A stretch of 64,000 nucleotides of DNA, from contig OX638154.1 in assembly GCA_951804945.1 (NCBI GenBank), forward strand, positions 21,142,001-21,206,000, read 5' to 3'. Of the stretch, positions 12,501 through 27,500 are shown piece by piece; position 1 is the stretch's first letter, and each line of letters opens with the position of its first letter. The position numbers and the translations under genes are program-made. Source of the stretch: Podarcis cretensis. Its lineage: Eukaryota. The notes beneath the pieces were generated by a model. The model ran no database searches and was not told the DNA's origin. It saw only the letters and a list, made by a program, of their open reading frames with translations.

Positions 12501-15500
12501 TCACTTGAAACACATATGGAATGAATTCTGTTGAAAGGGGAAGAAAGTTTGTAAGTGACAGGAGAGTGTATTCATGTGTGTAAATATTGATACCTACAGT
12601 ATAATCCAAAGGAGCATTTTGTGATTTTGAGCTGGTTGTGAACTCTCAGCCTAACCTACCTCCTCAGAGAATGAGAAAACACCATTTATAACACCCTGAG
12701 GTTATTGGAGTAAGGGTGGGCTAATAACATAAGTAAATGAATATAACCACGCAAACTAATTTTTTTCTTCTTTTGGCTTACTTTATTACATAAAGATAAG
12801 AAGCTATGGGTGATCATGTGTATATCTGCCAAATATAAAAAGGTGTAAATAGGTATATTTTCAATTAGATAAATAAATAATGGCTACCTGAACTGCAGAC
12901 ACTGCTTATACCCTTTTTCAAAGAAGCCAGATAATGTTTTCTTTATACCTTGCACGTCATTCTGCAGAATCTCTGTGAACACCATAAACAAAGCATCTTC
13001 AAAGCTTCCAATAGCAGTGGGGTTTGCTTTGCAAGTTATCCTTATTGACAAGCAGATTGATTCAAACATGTAATGATTAAAGTGAGGCTTGCTTGGATTC
13101 TAAAAAGAAAAAGGGGAAAAAGACGACGTGAACACCACAAAGTCACTGATAAGATTCTTACTTAAACTAAAAAGTAGGAAGTTGCTTTCAGTGCAACTAT
13201 CATTACCTAAAACATGAGAATTCTAGTCACACCATAGGAAAGCAAACAGTTAACCTCTGACATGGGCCTCCTCCGATCTCCAATCAGGTCAAAATCTGAA
13301 AATGGCCATATTTAGCCTGTATCTGGCTAGAATCTCCTCTTGAATTCCCAAGGCCACCTTAGATAAATATCAACTCGCTTCTGACTACCAAGTTACTTTT
13401 CACCGTATAGATTAAAAGTTACAAGAATTATAGGTGGACATACAACTATATATTAAGAAAAATCACATGACAAGCTTAAATGCTTCCATGCAAGTTCCAT
13501 TCACAATTTTTACTATACCTTACTAGATCCTCATTTAACCTGCATGGGAATTACATGAAAACACAGTGAAAAAATGTTTTGATGTTTATTAACTATTAAC
13601 TTTATTCAGCAGACATGCTTTTCTTTACACACTTGGCATTTTTTGGCTATGCTTTTATATGTACATTTCTTCTGTAGTATTCAGTGGAATCTTCTGGTGT
13701 GCTTCTACAAAAATTCAATAGAATTCTTTCAAAAAGCGGATACAGTGATATAAGTAAGAGAAAACCTAAGGTTAAAATAAAGTTGTATGCAATAGCTCTT
13801 GTCCATACACATGAGCCCAGAGCAGTATTGTGTGCGCAGATCCACTGTGTGTCCAGTGGATCTTGGGATCATGGTAAGTACCTCCCCCCCCCATACATAA
13901 TTTGATTCCCTAACAAGGATTCAAGCAAGCTTTGTTTTTAAATTGGCGAGGAATTACGTCAACACAAGTGACAAAAAATGAACCTCTAAATCAGGTTGAG
14001 AAAAGCAATAGTATCTTCTTTTTTACCTTACTGACAGCAAGCAGTTTCTGTGTGAGTTGAGTGATGAGAGAAGGGATGTAGGGAATTATGGCTTCCTGAA
14101 GTAGGGAAAAGCTTCTCATGATAGCTAGAAATTCAGAGACTTATATTACTGAATGCAGAAACGACAGCAACATTAAGCTTAACATTACATTTTTTTTCTT
14201 GCATAAAAATACTAGATCTTGTAGGATGCATCCAAGATAAGAACTTGTTCATTAAGTTTTATATAGGCACGTAGTACAGCATTCAAAAATACTAATGGGA
14301 GAGCCTCTAAGATAGGAAAAGTGGTTTAAATTTGAGGGTAACTATTTGCACTAATAGTAGGGACGCAGGTGGCGCTGTGGGTTAAAGCCTCAGCGCCTAG
14401 GGCTTGCCGATCGAAAGGTCGGCGGTTCGAATCCCTGCGGCGGGGTGCACTCCCGCTGCTCGGTCCCAGCGCCTGCCAACCTAGCAGTTCGAAAGCACCT
14501 CCAGGTGCAAGTAGATAAATAGGGACCGCTTACCAGCGGGAAGGTAAACGGCGTTTCCGTGTGCGGCTCTGGCTCTGGCTCTGGCCAGAGCAGCGATGTC
14601 ACGCTGGCCACATGACCCGGAAGTGTCTCCGGACAGCGCTGGCCCCTGGCCTCTTAAGTGAGATGGGCGCACAACCCCAGAGTCTGTCAAGACTGGCCCG
14701 TACGGGCAGGGGTACCTTTACCTTTACCTTTTTATTTGGACTAATAAATGTAGCCTCTTACCTTTCATAATATACTCATTTTCTGATGATCCTGGAAGTG
14801 TCAGTGCTTTGAAAAGGTTTGTTAGTAGCATTTCTGTATACGGTGCCATCTCTGCAGCTGTAATCCTGTAGAGGAAAAGAGTGTTTGATTATCGCCAATG
14901 TTTTTCCAATGACTCATCAAGATCCTCTACTTTGGAGAGTCCTACCAATCCTGAATGGACACCAGAGGGAATGCGAGAACGTATGAAATCCTAGAGTATG
15001 ACAGTGCAAGGGACAGAGAGATGGAGAAGGCCAATTCATTTTCAAGTGCCTCTGGAGCGCAGTCAACTTGGAAATCAGCTAAAAACTCTGGTTTTAGAAA
15101 ATGCAAGAACTAGCATAATAAATACACGTGTGTGGTTTTATCAATTTAGGATTCTCCATATACAGTGAGGGATATAGCCAAAGCGGCAAGAAATCAATGA
15201 ATAGATGAGTGTAACATATATACCTGAACATAAACTTACAGTGTAGTGTTGTTAGCTCCTTTCATTGTAAATAACCTTTCAAGAGCGTGGGCTGCGTAAG
15301 TATGAACTACAATGCTTTCTGCTTGAAGATGATTGATTAGGAGAGGAATAGAAACCAACAGTTGTTCTTTGGGTACCTACAAAATAGACACATAGGTAAA
15401 AATGCTTTAGAAGCAAGTACCAAGCAGTTTTGGAAGAATTAGGTCAGAAACAATGGACTGAAACATTCCATCTATTATCAAAATCTTTTGGTCATTGCAA

Positions 15501-18500
15501 CTGTTATATAAGCAGACCACTGTAACTTTCCTGCATGAGGTGTACATACATTGTGCACCCATACCTGTATTAAGCTTTTTTTTTAATTACTGTGCATATT
15601 CTATTAAACCAAGGTCATGGGTCAAGTAAGAGTTCCTAGCCACAGCAATTCAATGTGGGTCGGGGAATCTGTGGAAGAACTACCAGCAGCTGCTGCAGAC
15701 ATCATGTGTGTTGGGTGTGGGAGGAAAAACAAGCACAGCAGCACTAGAGCCAGCAATTTACCCCTCCCTTGCTGGGGAAGCAAGAGATCTTTGGAGCCTA
15801 TGGACCCCAAGCCTCTCTTTCATGTGCCCCTAATATGTCCCTTTTTACCTCCTTACTGCCAAATCACTGATAGTAGAGGGACAGCCTTGGAGGCTGCTGC
15901 AGCCACAACAAAGAGGTTTCCAGGAGGCCACAGAAACTAATGTTCATGAAATCCTATGGTCCCCAGGATGCTGTCCCATGGACCTTTGGAATGTTTTGCA
16001 TATTAGAAGATTGCATAGCTGAAGATTTTAAAAGATATCACACACACGAAAACAGGAGCACTTTTTGTACCTGTTCTAAAAAACAAAGTATGAAATTAGA
16101 GAATCTTCCCTAAATCGATTATGATCTGTTCAATGGATTCCAGGGAAAGGGTTTTTTCATCTGTATACTGCAACTTTTTCAGAATTGGAGGTTTTAAAAT
16201 GGGGGTTGGGGTACCCTAAAATAATTTATGTTATTTTCCAGAAGTACTGATAGCACATTGTGAAACAATTAGTACAGTTCTAGGTACACCATTTGCAGTA
16301 TTTTGCCCACAAAAAATAGTCTATCAAACAACTTCAGCTGGATGTTAAGAACTCTGAATGATGATACAACTTACTTGGTTCCTGAAAATCATGATGTACT
16401 TGATACCATCAGCCTTAAGCACGGGAAACTCATTCACTGCCAAAAAGTTAATACTAGTTACGCGGTTACCATATAGACAAAATTAGATATATAATAGAAG
16501 TTCAAATTTCACAGCATATTTCCACAATTTATCAACAGAATAAAGATTCCCACTGACAGTCTCAAGCTTAAGGAGAGACAAGATTGCAGAATGACACACA
16601 CAAAAAATGCTCTTCACTTGGCTCTCCATACCCATTACCCCACCCAACTTCAAAAAAATAACTCCAGCCATCCCCAATTTCTGGACTCATATTAAGAACA
16701 CAGGAAGCTGTCTTCTACTATGTCAGAACACTGGTCCACCTTGACAAATATTGCCCAATCAAACAGTGGGGAACCTCAGGTCCTGGAACTGTACACAAGC
16801 CACACCCCCTCCCCAGCTTCTCCCCCCCCCCCCGCTGGAATGTGCCCTTGAACGCCCATCATGGCTCTTGCTTGCCTACATAGAGAGGAGAGTGAGAGCA
16901 TGCATACAAACTAGTTTATTGTATAAAGGCAAAATCTGCATTCATTGCTCTGCCCACTTTTGACTTTGGCCCTGCCCACCACTTGCATGTGGCCCCTGGA
17001 AGGTTGCTTTGATAATCTTCAGCTGATAAGGGCTCCACATCCCAGGCCACTCTGAGTGGCAGAGGCTTTTCAGGATCTTGGACAGTTTGCCCACCGATAC
17101 CAGGTGTGCATCTACAAAAATACAATATACAAGGCAATCCACTAAAACCTGATAAGAAATTAAAGAGATATTATGCCTATTTTAGTTATCTATGCCCATG
17201 TCTTCCCTGCATGACACAACAACACAGATCCAAAATTATTCCCATGTTCGTTTACATTTATTGGTGTTACAGATGTTTAATATAGAATTCTAAGCATACC
17301 ATTAGGAGACTTCAGGTCTGGTAGAATGTGATTCACAAAGAATTCCGTCAGGTTTACAAGTTCATTGGCTTGTGTTATTCCATGCTAGGATGAAAAAAGT
17401 GTGATCAAGTAATCATAAACAATATTAATTGCTGGACTGGTTTATAGAAGCTCCCATTTACACACTAATGAAGTTTGCAAGTGAATGATATCTGGCAATT
17501 TCTGTAAGTATTCATTGTATATATTTTGGCTTCAAGCATTGGATTGTGAATGGGAGAAGGAATGAGTACTCTTATGTTCTACTTATAGGATACTAGGTTA
17601 GTCTATTTCAGATATATAATATAATTATGAAAGGTGCCAAGTGAAAGATAGGTTAACCACAATACATTTTATGCCATGTCTTCTAAAATGTAAAAAACAC
17701 AACTTGGATAGAAACAGCCTATACTGCAAACATAATAATAGTCCTGAAAATATGCTAATTCTCAATATCCTCATTATTGTTATGTCAAACCCATACTATT
17801 TAGGTTTTTATGGTAGAGGTGCTCTAAATCTACGAAGTAATGTAATAAGTACTTCTAATTACAATTGCTGGCAAAATGGAAATGTCCCATTCAAACAGAG
17901 CAGCACATGGCTATCCCCAAAACACCAAAAATTATAAAGCTGGGCCCCTGTTCAGAAACTTTATTTTCCATATGTTCCACCTCTTATATTTACATCGAGT
18001 GCTGAAGTCCTTGCCCCAAAATTCTGCCAAGCCTAGAAGAGTTTGTTAAACCATAGCAATCCAATCCTTGAACACTTACATTAGCATACTTCCAAGAAGG
18101 CATGCGTGGGAATGCAACAAAATTGGAAGCAGTGACTGCAGAGGTTGTTCCCAGGCAAATACCAAATTTTGCTCATGGGTTGACCTACTCTATATAAACT
18201 ATTCCAAAATCAGTTTTATATAACTAAAGGTCTGTGGGTCATAAACATGTCATTACTGTGAAGAATGCCCTTCCACTGAGTGCTTACTATTAAATAATGG
18301 TTCTTCTCCCCAAGGAAACAGGTCTGGATGGGTATTCAACTTATAGTACCCTGTGTTTACAGTCAAATGCAAACAAGTACCTTTTGTGTCTGAGCTTTTG
18401 ATGCCAAAGATGTCACAAGGTAAATAGCAGCATCTTTATGCTTCCAGTTGACAGATGGATTCTTTGCATACTCTTGCAGCATAGAGTTAACGTAACCAGA

Positions 18501-21500
18501 AAAGATCCCAGTAACAGGTCCTTCAAAAAACTTGCACAACCCTCTTACAAGATCACAGGCTGCTCTGCGTCTGGTATCAATATCTGCAAGGCAGAGATAA
18601 AAACAAGATGCATTATGGGCTATATTAAAACAATGTTTCTTCATTCTGAAGCTTTGCTTGCAAAACGGCTAAATTGGATTCACCCTGCTGTGCTTCAGGG
18701 ACAGAGCAATTTGCTAAAATAGGCTTCTCTATTATTATTCATAAAAATCACGCTAGTGGTATTAAGGAATGCAGAATTACAAAATCTGCCAAAATATTGA
18801 TTCTCATGAATATAAATGAAAGCAAAAACTGCAGGGCCATAGCATCAAAACACAAGTAAAATAACATTCAGAAGAATTTTGGGACTATTTAAAGGATTAG
18901 TTTAGGATCCTATAAAACCTATCCTGACACAGTCAGCAATTTAAGATCACAAGGGGAACAAATGGTATACTAAAAATGTCTTCTCCCTGCAGCATGTGAC
19001 CCTTAAAGGCTCAGAAGACACTCTCAGTCCCAGAGTTCAATGGGTTTTAAATTCCAAGTGTCACATATATAACTGAGACTTTTGAGTAAGAAGTATGTGA
19101 AGCACTCAACCCAAATGCATCTGCTTCTTTGGTACTCCATAGAAACAGACTATACATTAGAAGAGAGGGTGTGAAAAGCTACAAGAAGAAAATTCTGGCT
19201 GGGGTAAAGAAGAACTTCATAGAGAACTGTTTGGAGTAACTCAGGAGTGGAGGCTGAGCTTTCAGTAGGAGAAGGCTGTAGGCACTGGATAAATAAGGTG
19301 CAACAACCATTTAATCTGATGTAGTGCTAGTCCTCCTAGTGTTGCAGTAATACACCACCAACTACTAAAAAGCAAGACAAAAACAAGTAACCCTTAAAGC
19401 AAGCAAAATTGTCTTAAGGCTTGTCAGATGAACCCCCACCCACAATAGCCAACAAATGTGCTCATCCATGGAATCACAGGACAAGCGCAAAAAACCACAC
19501 CATTACATATCTGAATCCCAAAGGGCAGAAGTATTTTAACCCTATGACGACTGCATGCCTATTCAAGGGAAGACAATTAATGCATGTACTTGTGCACATG
19601 TCAACACTTCAGAAAACTGCATCAGTTCTCAAACGCCATTATACACCCAGCATAGAACTGCTTACCAGATCCTTCCAAATCTCTTCTGATATATTCTTCA
19701 GAATTATCTTCAAAGGCTTCTTCATCAGCAGCTGCAGAAAAGCAGTCCACAAACATGTAAAGGATCAGCCATGATATACAAACTACATTTATTTTAATAT
19801 AACATATGCTTGTAAATAAATTTAAATCACCTATTATTGGGCTCTGTTTTATGAAGTTACCATGATCAAGGCAATGGGAGTTCGTGAACCATCAGTATTT
19901 TATATGAGAGTAGTAAATAAAGTTCTCATCTAGAATACTCAGGCCAGGGTCCAAATTACATTGTGGAACTATTTTCATAAAGCCATGCATGGTGTTTACT
20001 CCTCCTTTAAATAGCAACCCTGTACCATACTGCACAGCAAATTAGTTTTGAAACAGAGAGATTTCCAGAAGCAGCAGCTTATGGTATAGCATTGCTCTTC
20101 AAAGGCAAAGAGTAAAAGATTCCATTAGCGTGAGATGCTCTTTAGATCCTGATCACAACCAATGCATATCTTTGTATGACAAAATATTAAGGATAGCTTA
20201 GAGTAGATGGGGATTTTAACCGTTGGGCTGCTTCAGACATAAAGCCAAATCTTTAACAACAAGATTTGAAGCAGCCTCTCCCTAGACATGATGATTCCCT
20301 GACTTCTTTCATCATTTGAGGTGAACTATGATTTACCGTTTCATCTGAACTGCCAAAATTATAGTTTGTACTTGGCCCAGCAAACTAAGACTGGAAATCA
20401 GTTTGAGATACTGAAAGACTCATTTCTGGAGCACAAAAACTTTCTTTGGCATTATGTATGAACCACTTCATGACAGAGAAAGGGGAAAATCCAATTAATG
20501 TAAAAGCAGTGTAATACACTCAGATTAAACTGAGCTAGAAGCACTGGTGGAAGAGGAACTTCCAAACTGATGAGTTACTTCAGTCACTCATGATGGGATG
20601 GGATACCTGTACCCCTCTGGATACTGCTGGAATCCCAACTCCCATCAGCCCCGCCCAACATGACCAATGGTCAGAAATAGTGGGAGTTGCAATCTAACAA
20701 CAGCTGGAGTGACAGAAGTTCCCCAACTCTGATGGACATACATATTGCATATATATTAAAGGGAAGTGCAGTTCTGAGAGTGCAGAACAGAAAATGCCTC
20801 TCAAAACCATGCTGCAAACCTCTTGAACGCAAATGGCCACAAATGCAGTCCATTACTTGGCTACTGTGCCAGTTCTCAAGCCCTCATTGCTAAAAACTCA
20901 ATTTTTGCTTTTCTGGAAAATTTTAATCAAGGTTTTTAAGAAAGGAAATATTTACCTCTAAATTCCATGTTGGGAACAATGACTTTTTCACAAATACTTG
21001 TCAGTGTATTCTGGTCTTCAAACAGGTGCTTATAATGGGGCCTCTCACAAACCGAAGCTAGAAACTGGATTGCATTACTTACCAACTGCGGGGGGAAAGA
21101 CACGAAATGAGCATAATCTGAAGAAGACCTACAAAAGGTTCATTTATTTCAAGCTGGATGGAAAAGAGTCACTTACCAAATCATATTTAACTTCTTGCCC
21201 TGTTGTGACTAATAAATTCCAGATTGCTGTGACAAAACGGGGCAGGTAAGGCTGAAATTCTTCATCATATTTTTGGGCGTACAAAGCTGCATTGTCACAA
21301 ATTTGGGATTTCAAAAGCTCTAGCAGACCAGCTTCCTCTTCATCCTGGCAACAAAAAAGCACCACCAACAACGTATTTGGAAAATGTAGTCTCCTAGTAC
21401 CCCTGACATCTGCCAAAGCAGCAAGTAAAGTAAATGAACGGAGGGGATTTGGAGGGCAGGATGGTCAGGAGGCTCAGGGGATGAAAACGGGACAATAACA

Positions 21501-24500
21501 CATGCCTAAGGGCATCATCTAGGGTAAAAGTCCCAACTGGGTTCCAAAATCAGCCAAGCAATTCCCCATGTCTTGAAAAGGTAGTTTGTGTTGCCCAAAG
21601 CCAAAATCCTAGTCTGGCTGGAGAAATGTTCTCGATCACTAACAGAAAGTGAGGTCTGATTAACTAGATGCTCATCCGAGGGCAAGCATGGTAGCATTTC
21701 CCTCTTCTAAAGCCCAGTCATCGCATATGACCATGACAAGAGAATTACCACTATCAACACGTGGAGCCAGTGCTATGATATGTTATACAAAGGGACACAA
21801 TTTTTTATTTGAGAAAATTACCATCTACCTTCAATCTTTCCTATACTGGCTCCACAATTTCCCTCCAAGAGGATGACAAAAATCAGAATTACTTGAGCTA
21901 CTGCAATTTCAGTGTCCTGTTCAGAAACCAGGAAAGCTTCTTTTTTGCAGCTCAAGTTGAGTGTTGAATTCCCTTTCCCATTACACAGAAATTTTCCAAA
22001 AGGTTTTATGCCAGAGAAGAGGAAACTGTGACCCTCCAAATTTTGTTGACTCCATCAAATTCAGCCAGCGTGACCAACAATCAGGGATGATGAGTTTTAG
22101 TCTAGCAACATTTGGAGAGCGACAGCTTCTCTATCCCACTTTTATGTTGCTACTTACATCTGTCTGTAAGAGTTTGTTATCCAAAGTTAGAAGATTATGG
22201 AAATTCATCATCCAGGTTTCCATGTTATCTTCAAAAAATTCAGGAAGATCCTACAAAATTGAGAAGTAGATCCGTATCCGTAGTTATTTTTCTATTAGGT
22301 AATTGCTTATTTAAGAAACATACTTTCCTGTCTATTTTGGCATGCAACCTGCTCAAAGAAATACAGAATCACCACATTACTTTTAAAGAAACAAAACAAG
22401 AGAAGGTATGAAACATAATTTTCAACTGCCAAAGGAAATCCAAAGTCCAAGAGACACAAACCAAGTCAATTTCTCTGTAGCTTTTGACACCTGCAGCTCA
22501 TCAACCTTCTCCTCAGTTTTCAATCAGCACAGCATGAGCTGTGTAACAACCAGCTTGCTTTACGGCTTGACAGTGCTTCAAGGCAATGGAACTGCAGCCT
22601 ATTGTGTCAGATCCGTTTTGCTCACCCAGGGTTCCCAGAATAAAGGGTCGTTGTGGACCACATTAGTCTTAGTAACAGATGCATGTAAGCCCTGCTTCTT
22701 TATTTACTGGCCTACCATTATGCCTATGAAGAGTAAAAAACAAGAAGCACCCACCTTTCCTTTGACTTAATTAAACTTAAGTAGGTTTATTACTCCTAAA
22801 TTTGAGAAGTTCTGTCTGTCAACAGCTATCGTTCCCTCTGTTCTTTTGACACAACCTTTGATCAAATCCAGTCTTACCAAAAATAATCAGCACTGAATCC
22901 AAATCTGAAAAGCCAAGCTTCTTATACTAAAAGGTTACATGCACATTACTTTAGATTTGTTAAAGCTCTAACAAACAACTTATCTTAGCATACTTATGGA
23001 GCACTGACATTTGGCCAGATACTTGTGTTTTTAAACACTCTAGCATCTCCAAAACCCATCAAGAATTTTGGCTAGCAGCACCGAGGTTTTTAATCACGCA
23101 GTTATCCATCAGTGAAATTGCTCCTATACAGAAAGTTGCTTGCAGGATCAGAACTATCCACTAGAAGAGAATGTAAAAGATGGCTTACCTGAAAATTTAA
23201 ACTGTAGAACAGCTTAGCAATCAGAATCAGAGATGAGAAGAGTACTTTCAAAGCACTGACATCATTTGCATGAGTACTACAAAGCTCAATTGTGGCCTGG
23301 AAAAGAGCAATTTTAATAGCAATCACCAACAAAATCTATTCAGACACTTGCCAATACTGTTCCACTTCTGTGAAAGCTCACTGATGTCACAAATTCATGA
23401 CTCTCATCCAAATTCAACTAAATGTAATTTCTCTTTTCTATTAATAACACAATATATGTACAAAACCAGATAAGCTAAAACATCAACAAAAAATAAAAGC
23501 AACAAAACAAAAAGGCACAGCCTAGAAAACAGAGGTCTGAACACCAATAGCATTGTTTTACTAAAAACATCTTAATTTAGCATCAATTATTGCAGTTATT
23601 AATAAAGAGCATATTATAGGGTGCTAACACATCCTCTTTAAGAACAGACAGAGTAAGCATGGAAGATTTTAGTTCAAACTTTATCTTCTTCACCTTATAT
23701 ATCTGACTATCGCAGCAGCTAGGACAGAAGTAGGAACTTCATAATAGTCAACATAAAATGCTTTATGTTGGCTGTGAAGTTAAAAAAATACTTTACACAG
23801 AAGGTATATAAATCAATTCCACATTTCAAATACAACACTGTACCTTAAAGAGATTTGTCAAGGGAAGTGCGAAAGCATCAAGAACAAGTTTGATCTCTGT
23901 CCACAGTTCATTTGATTTAAACTCATGACGATACCTGACAAATGAAGGAAAACCAGAGCTATTTAATTTGCGTGATCATTTTCTATGAATTTGAAAACTA
24001 GAGCCAAGCAAAAGAAAGAAGTTAGCAGTTGAAAGGCATTATTGCTAGAACAGAGTGCTTTTACTTTCAAAACAGAACTTGGAAATTCATGGCCCTCACC
24101 CACTACCTTTTGAATAAAGAATGTGCTGTACGAAGAACTCCATTAATAACATGGAAGTCTCCACTCTGAAAGCGATTCACCATCTCCGTTAGCAGATCAG
24201 GCCATTTCTGAGGGAAGTCTTCTCTACCAATTATGCTGATAGCATCACTTAACTAGGACAGAGAGAGACAGAAACATTATGTAGATATTTGCATGGAGAT
24301 AAACAACCACCTTACAGTAAACTCAAGACAGGCTTTCTACATGTTAAGTATGCAACTTCCAGTGACAAAAGCAGGTGCATGTGTACCTCCCTGATCCTCT
24401 CTGCAATATCTAGCAGATCTTATTCATGACACCACAAGTTTTTCCCCTTCCCCAACCCACTGTCAATGGCAGCATTATAGGACAGTGGACCATGTGAAAT

Positions 24501-27500
24501 CATGACAGTGGTGCAAGATACTATGGAGGGGGAATTGCATGTACAGCTACCATTTTCAGTGGCAGACTCACATTCGGTGTCCTGGCTCATTTTGCCTTAA
24601 GAATATGCTACTTTTACTCTAAGGATGGTATCCAACTAAATAGATCCACTAGGGCAAGGACTTTTGGCTGTGCAAATGAATTTCTTCTCCTTCTCTTCTC
24701 CCTGACCCCCCAACCCTCCAAATCTTTTATGGGGGTTCCCTTGACCATCTACAGCAAACTGGGGAGGTGCATGGGGGGCAAGGAGAGAGAAGTTTCAGTG
24801 CTCAAGCAGAGATTATTGCACCAGTGGGCCTATTTAGTTTTCCCCACTCACCCTAGATATCAAACTAGAACAAGACACTGCATATGGGAAATTCAGCTGG
24901 CATACTGGGGTAGTTTCACACACTGCCTAACTATTTCGTGGGTTTTTAAATCTGTCCAAATGTTCTCATAGGATTCCCACCCATGGCTTCAATGGCACAT
25001 CTGGAATCAGATTTCACACTTCCCTGAATTTTGTAATACAATTCTCAACTCAAAACAACATACTGAAATGCACCAAAAATCACTTATTTTAGGGTAAGAT
25101 ATTTAAAAACCAATTTTCATACTGATTTTTTTTTTGTGAACCAACTGTGTGAAACTGACACAAACCAGAAACAAAGCAACTCATCTGCCCTTAGATGTAT
25201 CTATTGCTTCTCACTTTAAAACAAAATTTCATATATTAACACAATCAGTCTCCCAGCACAAAACAATTCCCTCTTGAAATAAGCAGAATTCTGTGTTTTT
25301 TTTCTTCGTTGTCACCTCACCTGTTTTTGAATTTGTTCTGGACTGCTAAGCATTAGGTGTACTATGTTGGCTTTGATAGCTATCCTGTCGGCTTCACATA
25401 TTTTGTTTGGTTCATCTTCAATCTAGGAACAAAATGTTAGTTGAGCTAGTATCATAACATCTCGAGATACTTGCATTTTTGCAGCAAGTGCATTGGCTGA
25501 GTTGTAAGCTTTCAGGAAAAAGCAAACGCTACACATTTATTCTGAAACATGTTGGGCCCAGGAAATATTTTCCTGTGCATACCGCCAATCAGACAGACAA
25601 TAGACCATAACCAGTTGCATCACAACAGCTCAGCTGTAAACACTACATACTGGCATGTGGATGCATCAGGCGAGATGGGTGGAATTTGCTGACACCAGGA
25701 AGCAGAGTTCCATTTCGTGCTCTGTTTCCACTTCCATCTGAAATAAACTGATCACTGCATCAGTGTTCTCCATCATCAAGCTAAACAGCAACTGCAGGGG
25801 TTGCCATGGTGCAGCATCCACTGCCTGCTTATAGCCTCCCCACTCCACCCCCGCTACTTCAGTTATCATCTTCACAGGTTCAAATGCTCCATGAGAAAGG
25901 AGCTACCTTCCCAATTCCTGATTCTGTGCCAATAACTGCAGCTGTAAAATGATACTTTTCCAAATTTATGATTTAACTATTTATATGACGTTATTTTTCA
26001 ACGTTTTAAACCCATTGATGAGAAAGCACCTGAAGAGTAACCGAGTACAAGCCCTTAAAGCAGATTCTGGAACATCCTCAAAATAATAAATATTAACCTC
26101 AAAGTGGAACATTTGATTCAGTTGTGATTAAGTGTCCTAATTTCCTGTTGCAGTGAATTAGTATCAATAGTTGGAAGATCTGAAGCAGATACAGTTCAAA
26201 GTTATAAAAATTAAAACACCAATTGAAAGTAACCAAATCAGAAAAGGGTAACATGGTAGGAAGTATAATAAATTCATTCAACAGTTCACCAATGAGAACT
26301 ATTTCTCATCTATCAAGATCACTGTACTGTCTCAAAAATCCTGACTGTGAGAGAGAAAAAATTCTTCTTTTTCTTTCCTCTACTTCTCATTTTTCTTTCC
26401 ACAGCTCATTTGCAGAAGATAGTAACAACAAGGCATTTGTAATGTTTTCTACAAAAGCCAAGTTCAAGCACTATCATCCATACCTTTCTCAAGTTATTTG
26501 TAGGTGCCACAGAACTTGGGGAAGGGAGGAGATAATGAAGGACACCAATAAAGGATTGGCTAGTGAAGCAAGTCCAAATGTGTGGATCCTTGCAACTAGC
26601 AAAGCAACCAAAGAAACTGTTAACCTGGGATTCCTGATACAAAATCACTATTCCCTTCAGTAAATAAGTGTACTAATAGTATGTTGTTCTGGAAGAATAG
26701 ATACCTGTTTCTAAAGGTAGCTTTATGGGTAAAAGGTAAAGGTACCCCTGACCATTAAGTCCAGTCGCGGACAACTCTGGAGTTGCGGTGCTCATCTCGC
26801 TCTATAGGCCGAGGGAGCCGGCGTACAGCTTCCAGGTCATGTGGCCAGCATAGAATCATAGAATCATAGAGTTGGAAGAGACCACAAGGGCCATCGAGTC
26901 CAACCCCCTGCCAAGCAGGAAACACCATCAGAGCACTCCTGACATATGGTTGTCAAGCCTCTGCTTAAAGACCTCCAAAGAAGGAGACTCCACCACACTC
27001 CTTGGCAGCAAATTCCACTGTCGAACAGCTCTTACTATCAGGAAGTTCTTCCTAATGTTTAGGTGGAAATCTTCTTTCTTGTAGTTTGGAACCATTGCTC
27101 CGTGTCCGCTTCTCTGGAGCAGCAGAAAACAACCTTTCTCCCTCCTCTATGTGACATCCTTTTATATATTTGAACATGGCTATCATATCACCCCTTAGCC
27201 TCCTCTTCTCCAGGCTAAACATGCCCAGCTCCCTTAGCCGTTCCTCATAAGGCATCATTTCCAGGCATGACTAAGCCGCTTCTGGTAAACCAGAGCAGCG
27301 CGTGGAAACTGTGTTTACCTTCCCGTTGGAGCGGTACCCATTTATCTACTTTCACTTGACATGCTTTCAAACTACTATGTGGGGAGCTGGGACCAAACAA
27401 CGGGAGCTCACCCCGTCGTGGGGATTCGAACCACCAAGCTTCTGATCAGCAAGCCCTAGGCTCTGTCGTTTAGACCACAGCACCACCCATGTCCCTGGTA

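Noticed and set aside
14360-14450. tRNA-like A/B boxes (also at 10100 and 29933)
   Set aside because: These are SINE heads continuing into SINE bodies, not cloverleaf tRNA genes.
15609-15990. Imperfect inverted ends (CCAAGGTCATGGG / CCCATGGACCTTTGG) and a 107-aa ORF
   Set aside because: Possibly an old DNA transposon, but no TSD could be confirmed and the ORF has no recognisable homology.
26223-26663. 146-aa plus-strand ORF in CSE1L intron 3
   Set aside because: Non-ATG start, AT-rich intronic composition, no domain or splice support.
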